DNA of 63,112 nt, filler included, from Perkinsus chesapeaki ATCC PRA-425 (Eukaryota > Protista > Perkinsozoa): the NCBI GenBank assembly GCA_013115145.1. It is 9 parts of 9 records of this genome, joined end to end, with 100 filler letters (N's around TTAATTAATTAA, not from the genome) between each part and the next. Parts side by side here need not be neighbours in the genome. Positions count along the whole stretch, not along the records: positions 1 to 14,052 come from JAAPAO010000763.1; positions 14,153 to 19,006 come from JAAPAO010001218.1; positions 19,107 to 21,818 come from JAAPAO010001533.1; positions 21,919 to 29,392 come from JAAPAO010001030.1; 5 more parts are not named here. One strand, written 5' to 3'. Below the pieces are notes generated by a model, which worked only from the letters and a program-made list of their open reading frames with translations, searched no databases and was not told the DNA's origin. This document shows positions 12,160 through 26,347 of the stretch, piece after piece; position 1 is the stretch's first letter; each line of letters begins with the position of its first letter. Made by a program: the position numbers and the translations under genes.

Positions 12160-13900
12160 TCATATGACGTACTTGGAAAGATCGGACTTTGTCATCAAGC
12201 TCGCAACGGTCTCCTTCACCTACAACCAGACATAGAGGCATGTCATAGAACTTAATAGAAGCCTCGCTTGTTCAGCAAATCGAGCGAAACGTGGGGACAT
12301 GGAGTGCTTACCCGATCCTTATCGATCCTCACAACGGATGGCCCGCCAGAACCGGCCTCGAACCTGAACGAGGACGCGTATTAGATTCGAAGAACGAGAC
12401 ATCCATGACCCAAGTTTCCACTGGAAACTTTCTATTTTCAAGCTCCGAAGAGAAATATAGTTCCAAATCTACATTATGTGGTAGTAGGCACCTACTTGAT
12501 GTCCTCCAGTAAGATGCTCATAACACTTTGCAAGCGACGAGCACCAGTGTTGGCAGAGCTTCGGTTCAGCTCGAATGCACTCCTGAGCACAATCTTGAGT
12601 TTTGGTTTCGACGCCGGCAACAGTTAGCGTTCTGGAGCAGAAAGATAATCGGACTTTGAAATTTCCTCAAGGGCTTCAGGGTCGAATTGCAAATCGACAC
12701 CTTCAACTTCCAACAGAGCTCGTTGCTGCGTCGGAAGCGTGTACCTGAAATCCCCGATTCTGAAATCATCGGAATGAGCACGCGGAGCTTACCGAATGGC
12801 AGTAAGTATTCGAAGGAAATCATCCGCAGTGAGAGGCTTGAGCACGCTCCTAATTGGCAAACGACCCTGCAGCTCTGGCATAATCTGCGACGGCTTAGTC
12901 GAAGTGAACGCTCCGGCACAGATGAATCTGCCAAGAGAAACACCTGTGCTCCCGGTGGCTACACAAGACTTGCAGAATGTGCTCAGTGGATATCCTCCCA
13001 AGCCTCGGAGTAGTGACAACCGTTCCCTCAATCAGGGACAGGAGCTCTTTTTGAACGCCTTTGCGTTTAGAGCCAAACCCACTTCCGATCTGATCAGCGT
13101 GAACATGTACCACACGGCTCCTCCACATTCACGAGGTTGGAGACCATGTGCAAGACTTTAGATTTACTTCTCGCTCCTCGCTGATAAGTTTGTCAAATTC
13201 GTCTATGAAGACCATACCACGCTCTTCGCAGGTAACTCGCGCGCGCTCTCGAATTTCAGGCTCTCGGTCAACTATCAAAGTGCTGGCGTAGTGCTCAGTC
13301 ACCAGAGACTGACAAGCAGACACACCACGGACTGACAGCAGCAAGACAACAGAAACCAAGCAAATACATTCTTACGATAGCATCACGGACGGTGAGTTTG
13401 CTCCATCGAACGCTTTCCTCGACGCTGGCACCTTGACCCATCCGAGTGCCATATTGCTGTCTGCCCGCAACAGAGCTCTGCTCAGGAATATATGGAGGTA
13501 CTTCATCTGGCAGACGTCGCACTAAAACGGCACAGCACACGCTCGGTACCGACCTCTCCTGCCTCTCTGTCCTCCACCCCCATTGAAGATGCCATCGGGC
13601 CTGCTGATATCGACCGATGCAGGATGCGTCAGATACGTCTCGATCTCAATCTCAACCTCCATTGCTTCTATGTCCTCCCTCTCAATGAGTTTCTGGGCAA
13701 AGAGGAAAACTCGAGCGTTGAGTCTGTTCCGCTGGGGGGCGCCAATTCCAAACATCTTGAGGATACTGGATTCTTACTTTCGCCGCTTCAACAGTATTCT
13801 GGCGAGTCCCTTCCGGAGTGCACAGGTATGCTCTAGCAACAGCCTCGATTGCAAGTTGGCGAGCCTCGACCTGGTTGAAGAAGACTTGCGCCATTCACTA
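12160..13900 (-). CDS. hslU: HslU/ClpY ATPase subunit of the HslUV protease (5' part with Walker A lost in gap)
   Basis: Walker [72 protein letters not shown], and C-terminus DLSKYVI* (stop 12160-12162), all diagnostic of HslU. Confidence 0.92.
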
Positions 13901-13974
13901 GACATTGCTTTGAGTCATAGGCCCAACGTGCCCTATCGAACAGTCCAAGTCTTGCATACCCCACATTATTTTTT

Positions 13975-14011
13975 ATGCGGAAGGCCCCGAGTTCAAACCT
14001 CGGCACGTCCA
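13975..14011 (+). pseudogene. Orphan 3' half of a tRNA (Ala-like)
   Basis: AT-GCGGA-AGGCC-CCGAG-TTCAAAC-CTCGG-CACGTCC-A gives the 3' anticodon stem, variable loop, perfect T arm and 3' acceptor strand. No complementary GGACGTG 5' half upstream. Confidence 0.6.
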
Positions 14012-14052
14012 TGCCTTTCACTGAAAGCCTTTCAGTGTAGAATACACCTTGT

Positions 14053-14152
14053 NNNNNNNNNNNNNNNNNNNNNNNNNNNNNNNNNNNNNNNNNNNNTTAA
14101 TTAATTAANNNNNNNNNNNNNNNNNNNNNNNNNNNNNNNNNNNNNNNNNNNN
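14053..14152. other. Scaffold gap with artificial TTAATTAATTAA linker (also 19007-19106, 21819-21918, 29393-29492, 55377-55476, 59231-59330, 60649-60748, 61835-61934)
   Basis: Identical 100-bp N-linker-N blocks. The linker places stops in all six frames. Confidence 0.98.
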
Positions 14153-15503
14153 GCAGTAAGTACCAGTCGGCCTACTTAAAGTACAGAGACTTCGATAAGG
14201 TTCAAACGGCTATCAGAGATGTTCGGGTCTTCTAGCGGCTTCGAAGGTGATACATTCGGTATCCTGTGGTCATGCAGTGAGTTGAGAGAGGTAAGTCACT
14301 ATTACGTATACATTACTTGTATCTAACCAGATTTTATCCAATCGTTATCTATCTAATTTTATTTAGCGTATTTTACACAATATATGGAAAATATGAATAT
14401 ATCTATATACTCGAAATAAGTAATTATACTTATATAGAAATTAACAATATTTAACCGTGATAGTGGTAAGATACGAATCGTATCATACGGCAGTGTCGTA
14501 ACGACACATGCTATAGTTACCAATGGTACATCGTCTATTATAAATATTGTTAATAACAATTTGTTATGCTTGTATTATATGCTACAATTTTCGTGAAAGC
14601 AGCTTGATCTAGGTCCACATCAACAAGACAGGCCACAAGAAACCGAAGCTTACATTCAATCTTATCGACGATAAGAGCTATGAGAGAGTCACCGTTTGGG
14701 ATGATGCGTAGGAGTGCGTTCTTAAGCCCACTGCAACAATGGACCTTTTAGGGCAAGAGCCTGTGCTATTAATCCACTGATGGCGCAGGAGCATCCTCTA
14801 GTCGCTCTGAAAGCGGTATGTGGGTAACGCCTCCAAATTTCCATTTCAGTTTGATGGATTTTGAGGGAATTTCATTCGACATTTTCAAACGCACAGCTCT
14901 CAGAGGACTAAATTTTAAACGTTACCATCCCTTTGCGGGCCACATCCCAGTAGTTAACTGCAGAAGGGTCATGTTGTGGCGTTAGGTTCGTATAACCGAA
15001 TATGATAACCAAGAAACCGGATTGACGGAGAAGGAGCTCACAGTTGGGGATCATTCTAAGATAGAGGTGGGATTCATAATGGGAGGATCTTTTCTGGGAT
15101 TACATTGATATAAGAAATGCATACTCGATGCAAACACTGTTTGCCAAACAGTTTTACAGGGTTCCCATATGTTCAATTATATACTATAAATGCTTATCAT
15201 TATAGTGTTATTATATATACTATAGTAAATACTTTATAGCACGTACATATAATACAACTATAATGATCATAATAATATAAAAATATACCATCAAGGCAAA
15301 GGCATTTTATATAGTTCTAACCCCCGCCATGAGCAATAGCAATAACTCCTTACCAATACGCGCTAATAAAAATACTTTTCTTCTGAAACGTCATTCAGAT
15401 TGGTCTCGACATTGACATTCCCTGTCTCAACGAGGTGCGCGCCTGGTGGAACATGCAGACTCGTCAGCTGGAGACAGATGTTGTTGACTTGACTTCTCCC
15501 TGA
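14153..15503 (+). CDS. Partial multi-exon gene, possible RPA70-like OB-fold
   Basis: Exon-like segments KPKLTFNLIDDKSYERVTVWDD and VRITEYDNQETGLTEKELTVGDHSKIEV resemble OB-fold strands. Model is incomplete. Confidence 0.3.
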
Positions 15504-16051
15504 AAGAAATCCTATAGGCCAATATTTCCTAATTAGTGTCATTCTATGTCACTCTGCCTAGAATATGAAGTCTATAATAGATAGTCAAGAATAATCCTTT
15601 ATGAGTCAGACTCGAGTTTATCAATGCACGGCATGGCTGTATATTATAGGGTGACACCCTAAGGGTGTTCCGCGAGAAGAGCGAAATTACGTTCCTGATA
15701 CCTATGATGAGTCGAGTATCACTAGGTTTAACTTTAAATTTATTTAAATTGAACAAAGTCAGTAAAATATGAGAGTTAAAGTTTGAAGCATTAAAACAAT
15801 GAGTTAGAGTCAACTTTAGAGCATAATGCAGTAGGAAAAAACCCAACTTCGAAAATGTGTTCGAACTTGATATTTAAGGCATCGAGCATTATACAGGTAA
15901 CTTAGAGCGAAAAATAAGTTCAATTTAAAACTTCTTTCTGAAATTGACAGCCTTCAGCAATAAAAAAATAACTCTATTTTCCGAAGTGATCTCGAGTCGC
16001 AATTATATACAATTGAATTCCAATTTAAAGCTTAAAACCCTGAGCAATACA

Positions 16052-16566
16052 TATGGACTTAAAAATTAATAATATATATAGGCATAAAAGTTAATATTGT
16101 TGTATATAGACTTAAAAATTATTAATATATATAGGCATAAAAATTAATATTATATATAGGCATAAGAGTTTTATAATATATATAGGTATAAAAATTAATA
16201 ATATATATAGACTTAAAAGATTAATAATATATATAGGCATAAAAATTAATAATATATAGGTATAAAAATTTTATAGTATATATAGGTATAAAAATTAATA
16301 GTATATATAGGCATAAAAATTAATATTATATATAGGCATAAAAACTAATAATATATATAGGCATAAAAATTAATAATATATATAGACTTAAAAATTAATA
16401 ATATATATAGGCATAAAAATTAATATTATATATAGGCATAAAAATTACTATTATATATAGGTATAAAAATTAATGATATATAGGTATAAAAATTAATAAT
16501 ATATATAGGCATAAAATTTTTATAATATATTTAGGTATAAAAATTGATAATATATTGGCATAAAAA
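16052..16566. repeat. AT-rich tandem repeat, ~25-27 bp unit, ~20 copies
   Basis: Recurring (A)TATATAGGCATAAAAATTAATA(A/T)T with variants GGTAT and GACTT. Confidence 0.95.
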
Positions 16567-16609
16567 CAGTCATGAAATGAAATCAGCCATTTCTGTTACC
16601 TTACTAATC

Positions 16610-18741
16610 ATGAGTGACTCCAGCGGCAACGGAACCCCTATTCCATCATCGGACTTTTCCACACCGCTATCAGTTGGAGAAATCGCGGCTGTCCGAGAGC
16701 TGATTGGGAGACAACTTGGTGGTGAACAGAATAACGAGGTTCTGCAGGAGAGCCCCAATGAGAAGGCGCCCTATTCGTTATCTGACACCAGACGAAGTGT
16801 GCTTTACATTGCTGAGGAAAGAAAGTTCCAATCAAAAGAGGAAGCACATACTTACCTAGAAGCTAGGAGTGGACAGCGTATGACCAGTAAGGGGGGCTAC
16901 CCTACGAAGGACGGGACATTTGTATGGAGATATCAGTGTAGCCTTGTGGGGAAATCCGAGCCCGAATGCCACTATACGGCCCAAATCCGGCGCAGCAGGG
17001 GAGAATGGACCGTTTGCCTTCCTCAACCACCACATCATAGGCATGTGCATCGTGGCAACGCAGTATCCTCAAGATCAATTCTATCAGAGGCGGCGAAAAC
17101 AGTAATAATGGATCAGATGAAGGCTCGCATGAAGCCCCGAGAAACAACAAGCAGCTTGAGGGCGAGAGAACTCATTCCTGAGGAAGACACGGTAACACGA
17201 GCTAAGCTGAAGAAAGCGGTTTACAATGCGCGGGCTTACATGAAAAGGAGCTTAGAGAAGTCAGAGGAGGGAACTGGATACACTGTGGCTTCCATAAGAG
17301 TCTTCGCTGAGGCCCACTCGGAAACTCCAGATGACCAAGATAAGGCCTTTTGTCTCGATTATACTATTGTACCTGGAGGATTCTTTTATTTCGTCTTCTC
17401 TTGCGTAAGACTACTACGCGAGAATTCGAGTTACAATGTAATTACCTGTGATTATACGGCAGCCCCGAACTGGCTGGGCTTACCCCTCTTGGTATTGGGG
17501 GCCATAGATTCCTATGGGCACTTCCGAGCTCTAGGCTTCGCGATCACCAGTGATGAAACTTGGGAGTCTGTCGCTCGAACTTTTCGAAGCATTCAGCGTC
17601 ATGCTGAACTACTTCATTGCCGGTTCGACCCTCAAGTCTTGATAGCAGATCGAGCAGATGCATTCAGCCGAGCCTTCAGGGAGGTGAGAGGAGTCGTAGT
17701 TGACCTAAATAAGATTGAAACACAATTGCTATCACTCTATAATTAATAAGAAAAGAAGCTTATTTAATATAAATATTCATATTGTCTTCACGAAAAAAAA
17801 TAAACACCTTAATCTATTATACGTGGACCATATATAACATGAAATTACAATAAAAATATAATAAATCTATGTAGGCATAAAAATTGTTAAAAAAACCATA
17901 AAAATATAATAAATCTATGTAGGCATAAAAATTGTTAAAAATGTAATATATAACCAGAAAAATACAATAAGTCTATGTAGGCATAAAAATTGTTAAAAAA
18001 ACCATAAAAATATAATAAATCTATGTAGGCATAAAAATTGTTAAAAATTTAATATATAACCATAAAAATATAATAAATCTATGTAGGCATAAAAATTGTT
18101 AAAAATGTAATATATAACCATAAAAATATAATAAATCTATGTAGGCATAAAAATCAAGGATAAAACACAAGGATAAAAGTTAATAAAAATATATCGGAAT
18201 AAAAAGATATAGGCATATATCTACGAAGAAATCTAGTTGAAAGCTATTAGGTATATAATATATAAATTTTACCCTACTAGCTGTACGGTTATAAAACCTG
18301 TTTAAAAACAGTGTTTTTGCCAGACGTTTGGTCCCACGAGTCCAACAGGGCTTACCCCACAACTACGCTGGTGCCATACAGATTTCACAGATCGAACTAG
18401 ACTTTACTGCTGGGTGCACATGTTGCGCTCCGTTAGAGGCTGGTGCTCATCGTACATCAACACGAAGACCGAAGGCTCGGCCAAATCTGCAAGCTCGAAG
18501 AGAGGCGACTTTTACCGCGACCTGAAAGTTCTCCATTGCTGCGGTAGCGACAGTCTATTCGAGGATGCAGTTAACTTACTTAAAAAGAAGTGGCACCCAA
18601 CATACCCATCCCTCTGGGACAAACTCGAGGCTACTTGGCTTCGAAGTTGGGCCACATGGTATGTTGGAGCCCACGGAGTATTGGGAAGTATTCCACGGCA
18701 CAGTTGTGCCGTGGAGGGGATTAACTCCAGTGTGAAAGGAG
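16610..18741 (+). mobile_element. Mutator-like (MULE) DDE transposase gene, intron-containing, 3' end lost in gap
   Basis: N-terminal WRKY/FLYWCH-like Zn module (WRYQC..C......HHRH), D1 ITCDYT, D2 LIADRADA, CxxH CWVH and catalytic E in SCAVEGINSSVK. A phase-0 intron at 17684-18323 joins AFRE|TFGP in frame. Confidence 0.88.
17851..18153. repeat. AT-rich tandem repeat inside the transposase intron, 6 copies, 48/58-bp periods
   Basis: GTAGGCATAAAA at 17871, 17919, 17977, 18025, 18083 and 18141. Confidence 0.95.
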
Positions 18742-19699
18742 GTACGTTTCTTTACCTGTGGAGGAACAACAAATTTATGACAAATATGTGAAATTTCATG
18801 TATAAATAGTGAGTATTGATATTATGTGATCGCCATACTATATAACGATATGACATCCACTACTGTAGTTTATAAAGCGAACCTGTTAAATGGGAAATAT
18901 AGCGTATGCAATAATAACAATGTAAGCTATTTATAGTATAAATTCTACGTAGACTAGTAGCGCCATTGCATGACGTAGAATCTAAAGATCATAGAGGAGC
19001 CAAGGCNNNNNNNNNNNNNNNNNNNNNNNNNNNNNNNNNNNNNNNNNNNNTTAATTAATTAANNNNNNNNNNNNNNNNNNNNNNNNNNNNNNNNNNNNNN
19101 NNNNNNTCCTTATGAGCATATCAACGTTAGAGCATTAAGAAGTTAGTATATGAGAAAATATCGCAAAAAAACTGTAGTTGTTAAGAATGTGTTGCGCAGT
19201 GTAGTTACTTTTTAAGTAAGGGGGTGGTGCGGAATGGGTCGTGATTACTCGGTAAGGGAGTTTCTAGCTTGAGGGTGTTATGTTATCGCGGGTGTTCCAA
19301 TGGGTTGGACGGGTGCGGTGTCGCTTGTAGTTGGCCTCACCGGCAGGTGGCTGAAACCACTGGTGGTGGGGTGTCTTTTCGAGACGTTTATGCGCACCTG
19401 ACTACATGCATGGGCATGAGTACACCTGCAGTAGTATGGCGCAAGTTGTGCCGACCCCCTTGTGCAGGGCGGTTTTCTTAGGTTTCCCCATGTACGGCCA
19501 CCACCTTATGTGTATGGCGTGTTATTGGTCAACCGAGGGACCGTGATTGCGACAGGGTGCTTGTGTGTTGGCTTCGTTCTCGTCTGTCGTTTTCGCCACA
19601 GTCGCTCTGCTGTAGTTCCTTGTCGGGTGTTGTCTATGACTACTTTCACCTTGTTATAGTTCGGCGGGGATGAGGAGTGGTTTGCCCCGGTTGCTTTGA

Positions 19700-21818
19700 G
19701 GGTGCTGAGTCACTCAACTGATGGTTGATGGTTCAGCGACGCCGAAGTGAAGAAGGCCAGAGAGATGTTTGTATCCGAAGCGTTAAAGTGCCTCAAGCTG
19801 GTGCCTATCGACCTGGTGGTGCCCTTAGCCACAGTTTTGGACGCGGTGTATACTTTCGCTTATACTGAGTTCAGAGTGCGGTCGGAGGAGGCATCAGCCC
19901 GTCGTGAGGAGCGCTAGTTAGCTACTGACAGAGAGGGTGCAGAGGTGGTCGTTAAGATGCCCAATAAGGGCAGAGAAGTTAGCTCCTTGGACGAGTGGCT
20001 CCTTGAATGTGTGGATGGGGGACGGCCGTCTGCATGGCTATCGAATCCAATTGCTATGTGGTTATGGAATACACCGCTAGGATCGCTGATATTACCAAGA
20101 GAGTGGGTATTGCACAGGCCCTACCCTATGAACGTAGGTATAGGTCTAACATGGGTGTGAACTTCACACTGTGAAGGTGAAGCGGTTAATGGAGTCGCGC
20201 AGCCTGGACAGAGCTAGAGCATTCGAGGTCTACATGCGAGAGTGCACCGATAGCGAGCTGATGGCGCAGACTTACGCGAGGTAACACCCGTTGCCTATGG
20301 CGGCAAGGGGACGGCAAGATCAAAAAAATTGGAAAGGGAAAGGCTGCGAGGAGGTCTGATGGGGCAGGTTTGACCCCTGGTGTATGCAAGTACACGCCAT
20401 CTAATTGTCCTTTCAACCCGTGCAAGTATAGATTGCATTCAGAGGAGGTTAGTCAGGTAGGTGACGCGTGGGCCCTTTGCAAGGGCAAGCCGGGTACTGG
20501 TTATGGTTGTGGGAAGCCTGGTAAGGGAAGTGTGGAGGGCGAAGCTCCCAAGAGAGCGAAATTGCAGAAGTAATTGTTAGGCCGTGTTGGCTCAGTCGAC
20601 CAAGTTGTCTCAACTTACTGGTTGTGAGTTACTCACAACCTACTGTAGGCATAGTGGTGGCGAGCCTAGGCAGGCGAGGGCTGGTTTCTCCTTGTGTGTG
20701 AGTCCGTAATGGTAGTGGTTGAAGTAGATAGGGATTCATCTCTGCGAGTGTCGGTTGTGTTGGTCAATTTGTGTTGGCTGATAGTGGTGTCTTGGTAGGT
20801 GGTTGTTTTTGTACAGCATGCCGGGTCGCAGACCTAGTCAGGCTAGAGTGGCGCGCAACAAATGTAGGCATCTGCATCAATGGGATAGGACGTTGGGGGT
20901 ATTTTTGAGTATGCCGCTGACAGAGAACGACAGGATGGGTCAGGAGCACCGTGGGTTGTCCAGTGGGATACGGTTGATTTCCCGGGGGAGCATTGGGAGG
21001 CAGTGAGCGAAGTTGTAGCGATTCTCAAGGACAGTTGTCAGGAGTTCGGTGAAGGTAACCAAGAGTTCTTGGATGCCTTCTTTGGGGCGGACAGCCTGTC
21101 CGGGACAGGGAGCTCGAGACTGAGCTAGCGAAGGGTTGGGAGGCCTTGGAGGGTGTTGCTGAAGAAGCGGCAGTGAAGGTGGCGGGTGTTTTGGATAGAT
21201 CAGGGACGTGTGTGGCCGCGGGCGTCGAACCTCACCAGCTGTTAGATGGAGCATGTCCCCCATCCAAGCTTCGGTGGGCACTGATGAAGGTCCTCGCAGT
21301 AGCTACGTCTGATTTCCCGCGGGCGCGGGACGTATCGACGATTGAGGGCTGGGGGAGCGACTACTTCGATGTTGGTAAGTTGGAGGGTGAGGAAGATCTA
21401 GATATTTGTGATACAGTACTGTATCACATACTGCAGTATGTTGCGCGAGGGATGCCCCATCGGTTTAGTGCCGCGTCTTGTTGAGAAGAGTGCTTGGCCG
21501 CCGTATAGAGCCCCGGGTGGGTTGCGTGCTGGGGACTCCCCAGTGGTGAGCCTGAGGATGGGGATCTGAGATGGGCCATGGAAAAGCTAGTGAGCCAGGA
21601 CCGGTCAGCTCTCCCTATAGGGGGAATGTCAGGGGATTGTAACCAGACTCAACTCAAGGATATAATGTTTTGGTTTACCGGTCTTATGGGAGTAGGCTGA
21701 TGATTAATGGTCAGGCGTAATCCCCAATAACCGAGTTAATGAAAAGCCCTTGGGCTCAAAACCCCCGGACCTAATGACGGTCTGGGAGGGAGAGGTGGGA
21801 AGAAAGGAGTCGGGACGT
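19700..21818 (+). mobile_element. Decayed retroelement-like remnant (gag-like CCCH finger, pre-RT-like segment)
   Basis: Stop- and frameshift-riddled frames. C-x6-C-x4-C-x4-H at 20385-20438, LRWALMKVLA...EGCPIG...SAWP segment at ~21270-21500, purine tract at 21784-21809. No RT YxDD motif seen. Confidence 0.4.
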
Positions 21819-22368
21819 NNNNNNNNNNNNNNNNNNNNNNNNNNNNNNNNNNNNNNNNNNNNTTAATTAATTAANNNNNNNNNNNNNNNNNNNNNNNNNN
21901 NNNNNNNNNNNNNNNNNNTTTAGCATTCATCAATAAGACTTGCGTTTGTCAAAATGGATTTAAGGTGACTAACTGCGCGGGTCTCGTATAACATAGGTGC
22001 AGATTTTCACGTTTACCTTTTTTCGAGTTGACGGACCGCTGTCCTATCCTACCGTGTAGATGTATATATTAGGACTGTATAGGAGAAAAAATTACCTCAA
22101 AACTCTCATTTTTGAAGAAGTTACGGCTGCTCATCGATTCTCCCTCTCTAGATGACCGGTACTGTATATTTCCTGTATTCCACAGTTATTTCCGTCGTCA
22201 ATTTGGCGACTGAAATGGCGCGCGCAAGAGGTGTAGCTAGACCTTCACGTTGCGTGAGACATGCGACGCCGCTGACTCGCCAGATCGAACGTGACTGGTT
22301 TAAACTTCAAACCAAGGGTCTTCAAACTTTGAAGAAGATTCCACAGCAATTAGTTGCTTTTGGTTGTG

Positions 22369-25045
<2,677 letters not shown>

Positions 25046-26347
25046 TTATATGCATGAACAGGCTTAAATAGACCCACTGTCTTTCACGACTTTGCATTGA
25101 TAAGCTCATGGTCGTATATTGAAAGTCGTATTGAGTCAATTGAGTTTTAATGAAAGAACACGCAGTGTTGTGCAGTACAACTGTAAAGCGGAATGGGAAC
25201 AGTGTTATGGGGACACAAGTTGCGTCGACGGTTCGGGGGCCGTGCCCGACAGTTTGTGTTATGATGGAAAGGCGTTGAGGAAATACAAGGTACCAATATT
25301 GAATCACTGCTAATGCTCTCAGGCATCCTTTGCACGACCTGATGGCCAAGCCAGCTGCATTGGCGTTCAAGCGGAAGATTTCAAAGCTTCAGTATGAGCT
25401 GTATACACTACACGTCCAGTATAACAAAACCCACACGCGATAGAAACTGTGGACTAAAAGCAACGGCAACAGTTTTACTGCATCGACCATTGGTCGGCGT
25501 AGTATTTCCATTTCGCCCCGAACCTCAGACAACCGGCAAGTTGTGTTAAACGGGTTTTGGATTGGAGTCGACGAGTTGCATTATGGCCTATGTAATGCAC
25601 AGTGCGTTACGCTCTGCTAGACGCGGCAACTTCTCACAGGCTCTGTCTGAACCGGGTTTTTCTTGATTCATGAAATGATTTTGCCGAGTTTTGCGATGTA
25701 GCTCCGGACCTAGTTGACAGAGCTTCACAGATATGAGTGGGATTGGTTCTCTCATCCAACATGGTCACTCACTGCGCAACAGAACACAACAGGTTCCTAT
25801 CACGTAAACATCCTTACATAGTACGTGTTAATACCTCTTAACATTGATAACTCGCCAAACTCTGGAGAACAAGAAAACGGGAGCTTCTCAAGGAAAGCCT
25901 ATTAATAAAGGCTATTGAACAGGAAACTAAATTACATCGGTCAGCAAGACCTACACTGAAAACTGTGGAAGTTCTCAATTGAAAAAATGGAAGAAATGTC
26001 TCGAACAGCAGTCGTAAAATGACTTATACCGTCATGAGGAGATATTCTATTAACAGCTGACATATGTACAGGACCTGTAACACGGGTACAGAACATACTA
26101 GTATAGCCCTCAATACGAGCCCATGATGGAGAGTTGGGCAATACACTTAATTTATTTACAATTCTCTATAAACAGTCACCGGTTAAATGAACGAAGCGTA
26201 TACAAGCGCGCGCACTTGGTTCAAAGATCCAAGTGAGAGTATATAGAACACTACTATATGAGAGAGGATAACTAAAGTTTCCCTCATACGGCAAGACACG
26301 GACAAGCAAATTACATAATAAACACTCTACGTGATGTTAGTGCTACT

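Noticed and set aside
14053-14152. Recurrent TTAATTAATTAA palindrome in N runs
   Set aside because: Identical in all eight gaps. It is an artificial six-frame-stop linker, not biology.
14470-14507. Two short hairpins as a Helitron 3' end
   Set aside because: No CTRR terminus at the expected distance and no Rep/helicase sequence nearby.
16052-18153. Repeat arrays as CRISPR-like
   Set aside because: Contiguous degenerate tandem units with no unique spacers, in eukaryotic context, and no cas genes.
25119-25313. Small Cys-containing ORF with EWEQCYG, reminiscent of CBM1 WGQCGG
   Set aside because: 64 aa, no signal peptide, incomplete motif, and it overlaps the MAPK 3' region. Unsupported.
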